DNA from: an uncultured virus (IMG/VR IMGVR_UViG_3300020469_000045)
Lineage: Duplodnaviria > Heunggongvirae > Uroviricota > Caudoviricetes
DNA length: 64,000 bases
Virus record (IMG/VR): IMGVR_UViG_3300020469_000045
Strand: one strand, 5' to 3'
In this document: in pieces, positions 8,240 to 18,200 of the stretch
Layout of the letters: every line of letters begins with the position of its first letter
Position numbering within the stretch: the stretch's first letter is position 1
Program-made: the position numbers and the translations under genes
The notes under the pieces: model-generated
Databases searched by the model: none
Told to the model about the DNA's origin: nothing
The model's input: only the letters and a program-made list of their open reading frames with translations

Positions 8240-10093
8240 ATGGCATTAGTAAAGTTTCAATTTAAACCCGGAATAAACAAAGAGTCTACAGCCTATGCTG
8301 CAGATGGTGGTTATGTTGACTCAGAAAAAATAAGATTTAGAAAAGGCGTTCCTGAAAAAATTAATGGCTGGACAAAAAATAGTACAAATACTTTTATTGG
8401 AACTTGCAGAAAAATACACAACTATAGTGATACCGGTTTAACAAACTATACAATTCTTGGAACACATCAAAAGCTTTATATTAAAGAAGGTAATGCTTTT
8501 AATGATATTACTCCTATACGATTAACTACTGCTGCAGGAGATGTCACATTTGCAGCGACAGAAAATTCAAGCACTCTTACTGTAACAGATGCAAACCATG
8601 GAGCTAATCCGGGAGACTTTGTTACCTTTAGTGGTGCACAAAGTTTAGGTGGCAATATAACAGCAGCAGTTTTAAATAAAGAATATCAAATTCAAACAAC
8701 ACCAACTGCAAATACATATACTATTACAGCTACAGTAACAGCTTCTGCAAATGATGTAGGGCAGTCAGGTGGAAGTAATACTGTTGGTACATATCAAATA
8801 ACCGGTGGCTTAGATGTTTTTGTTTCAGGTTCAGGTTGGGGGTCAGGTGTATGGGGTGCAGGTGGTTTTGGAAGTACAAATCCAATTGCATTAAACAGCC
8901 AATTAAGAATTTGGACAATAGATAATTTTGGAGAAGATACTTTAGCAGCACCTAGAGGTGGTCCACTTTATTTGTGGGACGAAAGCAATGGAACTACAAC
9001 TCGTGCAGTTCTTGCTAGTTCTTTAGGGGGTGCTAGTGATATACCTACTTCAATACTACAAGTAATGATTTCTGATGTGGATAGGCATTGTGTTGCTTTT
9101 GGAGCTAACCCTATAGGCTCTGCTGTAGTAGACCCATTATTTGTTAGATGGTCAGACTCTGAGTCTTTTTTAGATTGGACACCTAAAGCAACTAATAGTG
9201 CCGGTGGAGTAAAACTTTCTTCAGGTAGTCAGATTATTGGAGCCATACCTACTAGACAAGAAACTTTAGTATTTACAGATACAAGTGTAGTTTCTATGAG
9301 ATTTGTTGGCTCACCTTTTTATTTTTCTTTTAATGAAGTTGCTACAGGATTAGGCATGATTGGACCTAATGCAGGTATAGCTATAGGAACTGCAGTATAT
9401 TTTATGGACGATGGTGCTTTCTATAAAGCTGAAGGTAGTGTAGGAAAACTGCCATGTACAGTTTTAGATTATGTATTTAGTGACTTCAATCAATCACAAA
9501 AATATAAAGTTTTTGCAGCAAACAATTCTGCTTACAATGAAATAATTTGGTTTTATCCTTCTTCAGGAAGCAATGAAATAGATAGATATGTTTCTTATAA
9601 TTATTTAGAAAATGCTTGGGCAGTTGGTACAACAACAGATGGTTATACGAGAACAGCTTGGTCACAAGCTCCTACCCTAGATTTTCCTTTAGCTGCAGGT
9701 AAGTTAGACAATACAAATCTTAATTATTTATACAATCAAGAAGATGGCAATTTAGCAGATGGCTCAGGTTTTACATCATATGTAGAAACTGCAGATTTTG
9801 ATTTAGACCCTGCCGGAGAACAGCTTATGTTTATTTCAAAAGTTATACCAGACTTAAAATTTTTACAATCAAGCAGTACTAATGACACAGTAAGTTTTAT
9901 TCTAAGAGGAAGAAAATATCCTTTAGAAGATTTAGCTACTCTTTCAACTTCTAACGTAACTCCATCTACTACTTTTGTAAGTACACGAGGAAGGTCAAGA
10001 CAAACTGCACTTAAAATACAATCTACATCAGGAGACTTTGGTTGGCGACTTGGTGATTTAAGATTAGATATAAGAGCTGACGGAGAAAAATAA
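8240..10093 (+). CDS. Tail tubular/nozzle (stabilisation) protein
   Basis: 617 aa, beta-rich, FVRWSDSE and FYPS..SNEIDRYV motifs, upstream of ejection genes. Confidence 0.65.
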   Translation: MALVKFQFKPGINKESTAYAADGGYVDSEKIRFRKGVPEKINGWTKNSTNTFIGTCRKIHNYSDTGLTNYTILGTHQKLYIKEGNAFNDITPIRLTTAAGDVTFAATENSSTLTVTDANHGANPGDFVTFSGAQSLGGNITAAVLNKEYQIQTTPTANTYTITATVTASANDVGQSGGSNTVGTYQITGGLDVFVSGSGWGSGVWGAGGFGSTNPIALNSQLRIWTIDNFGEDTLAAPRGGPLYLWDESNGTTTRAVLASSLGGASDIPTSILQVMISDVDRHCVAFGANPIGSAVVDPLFVRWSDSESFLDWTPKATNSAGGVKLSSGSQIIGAIPTRQETLVFTDTSVVSMRFVGSPFYFSFNEVATGLGMIGPNAGIAIGTAVYFMDDGAFYKAEGSVGKLPCTVLDYVFSDFNQSQKYKVFAANNSAYNEIIWFYPSSGSNEIDRYVSYNYLENAWAVGTTTDGYTRTAWSQAPTLDFPLAAGKLDNTNLNYLYNQEDGNLADGSGFTSYVETADFDLDPAGEQLMFISKVIPDLKFLQSSSTNDTVSFILRGRKYPLEDLATLSTSNVTPSTTFVSTRGRSRQTALKIQSTSGDFGWRLGDLRLDIRADGEK

Positions 10094-10299
10094 TGGCTAA
10101 TAAATCTTCCATACCTTTACCTATACCAACACCTGAATATGTAATGGATAATGAATTAATTACACGCAGAACTATTGAGCAAATAATTCAAGACATACAT
10201 AGTGATATAGGTTTGATAGATGAATTGAAGTCAACGATAGTTTCTAAGGCTATGCGAAGACATCAGTTTTTATTAATGGGGTCTAAAGGAAATGTCTGA
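10093..10299 (+). CDS. Hypothetical virion protein
   Basis: Translationally coupled ORF in the tail module. Confidence 0.6.
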   Translation: MANKSSIPLPIPTPEYVMDNELITRRTIEQIIQDIHSDIGLIDELKSTIVSKAMRRHQFLLMGSKGNV

Positions 10300-10627
10300 T
10301 AGTTTAAAAGTTTTAGGACAGTCAGCACCTAGTGCAACTACAGAAACAGATTTTTATACAGTACCTTCTCAAACACAAACAACTGTAAGTTCTATAGTAG
10401 TTTGTAATAGAGGTAGTACAGGAACTTATAGAATATCTGTGGCAGTAGCAGGAGCGACAACTGCTAATCCACAGTATTTATTTTATGACAAATCGGTGAA
10501 CGCAAATACTTCCGATACTATTGTTATTGGCATAACTCTTAATGAGGCTGATAAAATAAGAGTATACGCAAGTACAGCAGACTTTAGCTTTAATGCGTTT
10601 GGTTGCGAAACAACAGAGGAAAGATAA
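10292..10627 (+). CDS. Hypothetical virion protein
   Basis: Coupled beta-rich ORF (YTVPSQTQTTVSSIVVCN). Confidence 0.65.
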   Translation: MSDSLKVLGQSAPSATTETDFYTVPSQTQTTVSSIVVCNRGSTGTYRISVAVAGATTANPQYLFYDKSVNANTSDTIVIGITLNEADKIRVYASTADFSFNAFGCETTEER

Positions 10628-12345
10628 TGACTATACAAAATCAAGTAAAGAGCATAGCTCAACAAGGAAGATATGGAGACAGTACATTAGTACATATGGC
10701 TCCATCTGAAGTTGCAGGGTTAGCACAAATGGGTCAGATGACAATTAATCCACAAACAGGATTGCCTGAAGCATTTGGTTTAAGGGACGCAATACCTATT
10801 GCAGCAAGTATCGTAGGTGGTGTGTTTGGTGGACCTGTAGGTGCAGGTCTTGGCTCAGGTCTTGCAACCGGAATACTAGAAGGTGATTTGAAAAAAGGTT
10901 TAATGGCAGGTCTTACAAGTTATGGTTTAGGCTCAATACTTCAAGGAGCAAATGTTGCTGCTAAAGGAGCACAAGCTGCTACAGACGCAACAGCTAGTGT
11001 TGCTAATGAAGCAATTTTAAAAGCCGGTATGGATACAACTACTGACTTAGTCACTAAAGAAGCTTTACAACAAGCTGCAGGTGAAGCATTAGCTGATGCC
11101 GGTAATCAGGCATTTATACAAGGAGCAGAAACTGCAGTAACTTCAGCAGCAGAAGCTGCATTACCTACATTAACTAATCCTGCTTCTTCGTTTGCTAGTG
11201 GTGCTAAAGATTTATTTGCCACTCCATTTGAAGGTGGAGCTAGAGCAAGTTTTGATGCTCTTGCAGCAGGAGCTTCCCAACCCGGAGCATACATTCCTCT
11301 TACTATTGGTGGTGGTGGATTAGCTATAACACAAGCACAAGAAGCTTTTGAAAGAGATGTTCTTGCTAGAGATATGGCAGCAGAAGAAGAAAGAAGAATG
11401 AACTATCTTAATAATCCTGAGCCAATTTTATACTCAGCTATTGGTGGACTTACAGGATATAACGAAGGTGGAGAAGTAGTAAGGACTGCACCACAAAGAA
11501 AAACTGTACCGGTTAATCCAGAGTTTATTCCGGGAATAAATGCTGAAGCTTTATACTTTGACCCAAGCACTCTTAATGTTCCTATAAGCGAACAAGTTGC
11601 AACAAACTTTAACCCTAATGATATTATTGACCCTTTTCAAAATTTAGGAACACCAACTGACTCTGCAATAAATCAAGGACCAGAAGTATCAAATAGAGAA
11701 TTAGCTATGACACCTCAAAATTCTTTAGGTGGATTTGGTGCTCCAATGAATACACCAACTACGCCACAGACTATTGACCCTTTTAAAGCATATACAGGTA
11801 TTGCACCCCCTATGTTAGAACAAGTTAATACAGCAGAAGCTTCATATAATTTTACTCCTGACATAAGTTCATCAGTAGCAAGTTTTGCAAATATGCCTGT
11901 TCTTGGCTCAATGCAATTTAATGCAGGTGGGATTACTGACCTAGAGTTAATGAATAAAGTTAGAGATTACATTGAAGGTAGGTCAGAAGATGATAGCGTT
12001 GTAGCTGAGTTTATAGATAAATATGGAGCTGAAGCTTATAGTGCTTTTAGACAATCTGTACTTTTAGAAAACACACCTTCAGCAGAATTAGTAGAAGGTA
12101 AAATAGAAGGTAATAACTTAGGTGGTCAAGCTGATGATGTCATGGCTGATATGGGTGGTGAAACTGTAGCTGTATCACAAGGAGAATTTATTATACCTGC
12201 AGATGTAGTTTCTATTGCAGGTGGTGGAGATACTGACTCTGGTGCTGCTAAGTTTTATGACATGATGGACAAGATAAGACAAAAAGGAACAGGCACAACA
12301 AAACAAGTAAACCCAATAAACTTTAATGAGGTATTTCCTGTATGA
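10627..12345 (+). CDS. Putative internal virion/ejection protein
   Basis: GRYGDSTLVHM...INPQTGLPEAF N-terminus, Gly/Ala-rich TM-like segments, C-terminal GEFIIPADVVS. Confidence 0.65.
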   Translation: MTIQNQVKSIAQQGRYGDSTLVHMAPSEVAGLAQMGQMTINPQTGLPEAFGLRDAIPIAASIVGGVFGGPVGAGLGSGLATGILEGDLKKGLMAGLTSYGLGSILQGANVAAKGAQAATDATASVANEAILKAGMDTTTDLVTKEALQQAAGEALADAGNQAFIQGAETAVTSAAEAALPTLTNPASSFASGAKDLFATPFEGGARASFDALAAGASQPGAYIPLTIGGGGLAITQAQEAFERDVLARDMAAEEERRMNYLNNPEPILYSAIGGLTGYNEGGEVVRTAPQRKTVPVNPEFIPGINAEALYFDPSTLNVPISEQVATNFNPNDIIDPFQNLGTPTDSAINQGPEVSNRELAMTPQNSLGGFGAPMNTPTTPQTIDPFKAYTGIAPPMLEQVNTAEASYNFTPDISSSVASFANMPVLGSMQFNAGGITDLELMNKVRDYIEGRSEDDSVVAEFIDKYGAEAYSAFRQSVLLENTPSAELVEGKIEGNNLGGQADDVMADMGGETVAVSQGEFIIPADVVSIAGGGDTDSGAAKFYDMMDKIRQKGTGTTKQVNPINFNEVFPV

Positions 12346-12821
12346 CAAACGTAGCACTAAATCAAGAGCCTTCGGGTGAATATGATTTTTCTATAGTAAA
12401 CAATGACCAACTTATATTAATTTGGGAAGGAGCTAAAAAGTATTTAGAAAAATCTTGTAAGCGTTCTAATGGTCGCATTAGACCAGAAGATATTTTTTAT
12501 GATTGTTTAAATGGCAGTCATAGACTTTGGATTGTCTATGATACAGGCTCATTTGATATACGTGGTATTGCAGTTACACAAAAAATAGTTTATCCAACAG
12601 GCAAGACTATGTTGAGCGTAGAGCATATAACAGGTAATAACATGGAAGGTTGGGCATCAACTGTTCTTGATGCCTTAGAAGAAGTTGGCAAAAAAGATGG
12701 TTGTGATGGCATTGAAGGTATAGGTCGTGCAGGTTTTTGGAATTGGGTTAAAGATAGAGATTGGTCTAAATTAGCAATTTTCATTGAATATAATTTTGAG
12801 GTAGAAGATGAGAAGATTTAA
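12342..12821 (+). CDS. Hypothetical protein, possible GNAT-like acetyltransferase fold
   Basis: Position among ejection genes; GCDGIEGIGRAGF C-terminal motif. Confidence 0.45.
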   Translation: MTNVALNQEPSGEYDFSIVNNDQLILIWEGAKKYLEKSCKRSNGRIRPEDIFYDCLNGSHRLWIVYDTGSFDIRGIAVTQKIVYPTGKTMLSVEHITGNNMEGWASTVLDALEEVGKKDGCDGIEGIGRAGFWNWVKDRDWSKLAIFIEYNFEVEDEKI

Positions 12822-13845
12822 AGGTGGTGGTGGTACTCCTGCCAAACAAGAGATTGTACAAACTAAACTGCCCTCTTATGCAGAGCCTTATTTTACTAGG
12901 CTATTAGGTAGAGCTGAAGGCGAAAGTTTACAAGGATACACTCCTTACGGAGGACAAAGATTAGCAGGATTTGGTGAAGACGAAGGATTAGCACAAGCTA
13001 TGACAAGAGGGTTTGCTACACAAGGAACGCCTGATTTATATAATCAAGCTGCACAAAATTTATCTGCAATGGACCCAACTGCTTTTCAAAGAGGAGACTC
13101 TATGTATGACAGAAGATTTTCTGTTGACCCATATCAAAGAGTATCTTTTGAAGAAGGTGTAAATAGATTTACTAATCCTTTTCAACAAGGTGTAACAGAC
13201 ATTGCTAAACGAGAGGCAAGAAGAGACTCAGAAATTTTAGCTAATCAAATAGAGTCTAAAGCTGCACAGTCTGGTGGATTAGGTGGTTATCGAGAAGCAA
13301 TCTTACAAGCTGAACGTGAAAGAGGATTAGGTCAAAGACTAGATGATATACAACTTAAAGGTAGTAACTTAGCTTTCCAAAATGCTATGAAACAATTACA
13401 GTCAGAAAGACAAACCGGTTTAGCAGAGCAACAATTGTTTGAACAGTTAGGTATGAAACAAGAAGAACTTGCACAAAAAGCATCGCTAGTTGACCAAGGT
13501 GCAGGTAAATTAGGATTACAACAACAACAGTTACTGACTGATGTAGGTAGTACAATTCAAGATGATGCTTTAAGAAGAATAGCTTCATTGGCTTCACTTG
13601 GTGAACAAGAAAGAGCTATGCGTCAAGCAGGTTTAGATATTGGTTATGATGATTTTACTCGTCAAAGAGATTACACTAAAGACCAACTTAACTATTTAAG
13701 TTCTGTATTACAAGGTGTTCCTATTAAACCCGACCAATCAGTTAGTACGTATACACAACAACCCGGACTTTTCCAATCTGCTTTATCTGCAGGATTAGGT
13801 GGTCTTGGTTTGTATAGAGCTACACAAGGAAGAGGTACAGCATAA
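12808..13845 (+). CDS. Putative DNA ejection (pilot) protein
   Basis: KGGGG N-terminus, Q/A/G-rich helices, C-terminal LSAGLGGLGLY. Confidence 0.6.
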   Translation: MRRFKGGGGTPAKQEIVQTKLPSYAEPYFTRLLGRAEGESLQGYTPYGGQRLAGFGEDEGLAQAMTRGFATQGTPDLYNQAAQNLSAMDPTAFQRGDSMYDRRFSVDPYQRVSFEEGVNRFTNPFQQGVTDIAKREARRDSEILANQIESKAAQSGGLGGYREAILQAERERGLGQRLDDIQLKGSNLAFQNAMKQLQSERQTGLAEQQLFEQLGMKQEELAQKASLVDQGAGKLGLQQQQLLTDVGSTIQDDALRRIASLASLGEQERAMRQAGLDIGYDDFTRQRDYTKDQLNYLSSVLQGVPIKPDQSVSTYTQQPGLFQSALSAGLGGLGLYRATQGRGTA

Positions 13846-15257
13846 TGTCAAACTTAGTACAAGCAGCAGAAGAATTAGAATATGTGCCTAAACAAGATTT
13901 AGTACGCATGATGGAACAAGGAGATATGAAATATCCTCCTTATTTAGTGTTGTCTGAAATACAAAGAAGAACACAATTAGAGAACATGGTGGTACAATCT
14001 AAACCTAATACTACTATTGCACAGGAAGTAGTATCAGAGTTTGCACAACCACAAGGCTTGGCAGGTATGCCTCAAGGAATGTCAACAGATATTCCTCTCC
14101 CCCCCTCCTCCCAAACTGTATATGAGGATAGAGGAATACCTGCCTCCGGTATGGCTGCCGGTGGCTACTTAGGTGGTGGTCAAATGAGATATACCGGACC
14201 AATAATCTATGACGAAGAAGGCAATGAACTCGATGGTTTGGAAGCATTAAGGCAGTCTGGTGGATTAAAGCAATTTGTTAGAGCTATTGCTATGAATGAA
14301 GGAGGTCTGACCGGTTATAACATGGGTGGTCCACTTGAACAACCTTCCCCCGGATTAATAGAAAGTATAGCTAATAAATACAGAAAACCAGATGGTAGCT
14401 TTGATACTTCAAGAGCTATATATGATGGTATTGATGGAAGTTTATTAGCTGCAGCAACAGCTTTAACTGTTGTTCCTACACCTGCGACTCAATTTGGTGG
14501 CAGAATATTAGGAGGTTTAAGAGGTGCTTTGCCTTTATTAAAAAATATTAAAATTCCTAAATTTTTAAAAGGTCCCGAAGGAAGTCTTCTTAAAAATCCT
14601 AGAACATATGGACTAGGATTTTTAGGAGCAAATTATTTATTAGGAGGCTCTGATGAAAATGCAACACCTAATCCTCCTCTTGATACTGATGGCAATGCAG
14701 GTGATGCTGATGGCAAAGATAAATTTGTAATAAAAGAAGGAGATACACAACCACCTCCTAATTCTTCTAACAAAGATTTATCAGAAATTATAAGAAGTCA
14801 AATGGGAACACTTGGTTTACCACCTACGGCTATTGAAGCACCAACTAAAGAACAAAGAGATTCTGAAAAAGACGCTTTAATTTTTTCTACTCTTGCAAAA
14901 CAAATAGGTAGTGCTACAGATTTATCTGGCATAGGTCAGGGATTAGCTGACGCTACATCAGCAGTAATAGGTCAGACTCGTGCTAATAGAGCAGAAGATA
15001 TAGAACTTGCTAAATCTGGACGTGCAGATGTTATTAGTGAAATACAACTTCTTTCAAGCTTACAAGATATACAAGCTAGATTAGAAAGTAATGACCTTAA
15101 ACAAAAATCTATTGGTCAAGACCAATTAAATACAATGGTTAATTATTTAACAAATAATTTTGCGACTATGACTCCTGAAGTTAAAGAACAGTTAACACGA
15201 GAAATTGAAAGAAGGTTTGGAATTACAATTCCTTCTAAACTTCCATCAACTAAATAA
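13845..15257 (+). CDS. Putative internal virion/ejection protein
   Basis: Position between pilot and large ejection protein; repeated xxGG motifs. Confidence 0.55.
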   Translation: MSNLVQAAEELEYVPKQDLVRMMEQGDMKYPPYLVLSEIQRRTQLENMVVQSKPNTTIAQEVVSEFAQPQGLAGMPQGMSTDIPLPPSSQTVYEDRGIPASGMAAGGYLGGGQMRYTGPIIYDEEGNELDGLEALRQSGGLKQFVRAIAMNEGGLTGYNMGGPLEQPSPGLIESIANKYRKPDGSFDTSRAIYDGIDGSLLAAATALTVVPTPATQFGGRILGGLRGALPLLKNIKIPKFLKGPEGSLLKNPRTYGLGFLGANYLLGGSDENATPNPPLDTDGNAGDADGKDKFVIKEGDTQPPPNSSNKDLSEIIRSQMGTLGLPPTAIEAPTKEQRDSEKDALIFSTLAKQIGSATDLSGIGQGLADATSAVIGQTRANRAEDIELAKSGRADVISEIQLLSSLQDIQARLESNDLKQKSIGQDQLNTMVNYLTNNFATMTPEVKEQLTREIERRFGITIPSKLPSTK

Positions 15258-15259
15258 AT

Positions 15260-18200
15260 ATGCAAAGATTTAATTTGCCAGATGGAAAATATATTCAGAT
15301 AGAAGATAATCCTTCTAGAGAATATGCAATTGATTTGCAAAACTTTTTAGCAGAACAATATCCAGATTATTATTCTCCATACAAAGAAGAAATAGACCCA
15401 ACGATTTCTGGCAGAGTACGTGAAACTAGCAAAGGTTTTGTAAAAGGCGTTGGTGGAGGGATACTTGGTGGTGCAGAAGGTTTAGTTAATTACTTTGATA
15501 GTGGCAATGATAGTGCTATAGGTGATGGACTAAGGGGTATGCAAAGATATCTAAATGAAACTTTGCTACCAACAGAAGAAGGCTATGAAGATTTATATAC
15601 TACTAAATTAGGACAGGGTTTAGGTAGTTTTGCTTCTTTCTTTGTTCCGGGTTTTGGTGCATCAAAAGTTTTTGGAACACAACAAAAATTAGAAAGACTA
15701 GCCAAAGTTAAGCAGGGAGCAAGAACTCAAACACAACGAGATGCTATAGATAAAATGATAAGGTCTGTACAAAGACAGCCTTTAATTGCTAGTGCTTCAT
15801 TAGCTGTACCATTAGGTGTATCTGGACAAGGAGATAGATTAGAACAAGCTAGAGTTTTAGGGGAAGAGGTTAGTCCATTCCAAGAATTTTTAGCAGAAAC
15901 TGCAGGTGGTTTAATAGGTCTTTCAGAACTATATGCACCTGACAGACTTTTAAGAAAAATTACTAAAGCTGATGGAGAGGTGTTAGATGTAGCTGCTCGT
16001 ATAAGGTCAGCATTAACTACAGGTACTGCAGAAGCTATTCAAGAAACTATGGCAAGTATTGCACAAGACGCTGTAGCACGTGGAGTTTATAGTGATGAAG
16101 TCCCTATTGGTGAAAGTATGTATGACGACTTTACTGTAGGTGGTGGTACAGGAGCAATAGCTGATTTATTAATAAGAGGTTTTGTAGGTAGACGACCTAT
16201 TGCAAATAAGTATGCACTCGATTTAGAAACTGAAGCTGTAGAAGAAAGCAACGAAAAAGAAATTTTTGAAAAAAGAAAAGAACTAGATGAAGAGATACAA
16301 ACTACAGGTCCTGCAATAGTTCGTGAAGAAGATTTATTTGAAGAATACGAAGAAACAAAACAACCAGAAGTAAAAAAAGAATTACAAGTTATTGAAGAAC
16401 TTAAAATAGAAAGACAAGAAGATGATACTGTACTTGTTGTTGGCGTAGATACAGGAAAAATATACAGCACACATAAGGTTGAAGTTGCTTCAGGTTTTCA
16501 AGAAGATGCTAATGGAAATCCTCTTTTAGATGAACAAGGTGAGCGTATACAAAAATTTGACCTTGACCCAATAGCTACAATAAACGAGGCTGCATTATCT
16601 GCAGTAGAACAAAAAAAAATAAATAGAACAAAATTTGTTAATGATGCAATTGACAATGTATTAGATATTGGAGGTCTAAAAGAAAGTGGCTCTCTAAAAA
16701 GTTTGGGTAAAAGAGTTCTATCGCCTTTATTTAATGTAGTTGATGTTAGAACTTTGTCTGTAATGGACTCAAGAATAAATGAAACAAGACAACAACAAGC
16801 TAAAAAATTAGAAAAATTAAACAAACAAGCTGAGAAACTTAAAGCTAAACAATTAAGAGATAGAAAGGCAGGTAAAACAAGACTTACTAAAAGTGGTCAG
16901 CCAGACTTAAGATACAAACAGTTAGATACACCGGGCACTTTAGACAGCACAGAAGGAGCTTTAGATATATCTCCTCTTAAACAAATTACTTCTGAAACAC
17001 AAACTGATGAACAAAAAAGTTTGGTAGAACTTTTACAAGATAGAGCTGAACAAGTTGGATTGCCTCGTAAGAATTTTTACACTTATCAAGAAGCTCAAAA
17101 AATTCTAAAGCCTGATGACTTTAATCAATTGATGATGGAAAAAGCAAACATCATTTATAAGTATTCAGAAAAAGAAGGAGCATATTTACCTAAGGGCAGA
17201 AGAAATAGAAGGACAGGAGATAGGATAGCTTCTGGCTTAAATCCAAGAGGAGCAGGTATACAAAGATATAATTTTTCTCCTAACAAATTTCAAGACACAA
17301 GCAGACAAGCAATATACGAAGCACTTAAAAGTAAAAATCTTGAGGCTAAAATAAACAGTAAAGAGTTTCAGTATTTTGCAGAACAACTAACAGGCGAAAA
17401 AAATTACAACAAGATGAACAAAGGACAGAAGATGGTCTTGTTAAGTCGTATATATGGTATGCCTAGGTTAGATGTAAAAACTAAATTACCTTTGTTAACT
17501 CCTAGAACTTATACAGCACAGCAAATGAATTCTTTTTACGAGCTGTTTGGTTTGGCTACAGGTAAATCTATAACTGAAAATGATATAAAAACATTTTTTG
17601 ATAATCAAAATATAAAAAAGAGTCAACAAAATATAAGGCAGTTTAAAGAAGATTTAATTAATAGTGGCAGACTAAAAAAAGTAAAAGGCAAAACATTAGG
17701 CAACAGTCAATTTAAAACAGATGAAATGTCTAAGGCTTCTAGAAAAGAAGGAGAAACTGTAGAAGATTACAAAGCTAGAATATCTACTGTTTTAACTGCT
17801 GAACAAATAGCTGACCTAGGTATGACTGAAGAACAATTTGATATACCCCTATTACCTGCACCTATTACAAATGAGTCTATGCCTAATCTTGCAAAAGAAT
17901 TGCAAGGTAGATTAAACAAATTAGGTCTTAAAGATATAGCACTTAGAGTTACAAACTTTCTAAATAGTTCACAAAACATAAAACGTGATGGCACAGGAAG
18001 ATTGGTTTACGTTGCCGACCCAAATCGTAATGACAAAATGAGTTTGATTGATAAAGAAGCTGTGGGTTTATATGACAGAGCTTTGAATACTATCTTATTA
18101 AAACTAGAAAGTATCGACCCTAACAATCAACTATCTGAAGCAGAGTTAATAGACGCTTTGAGTGGCAGAATAGACCACGAAGCTATACACGCTATGATGC

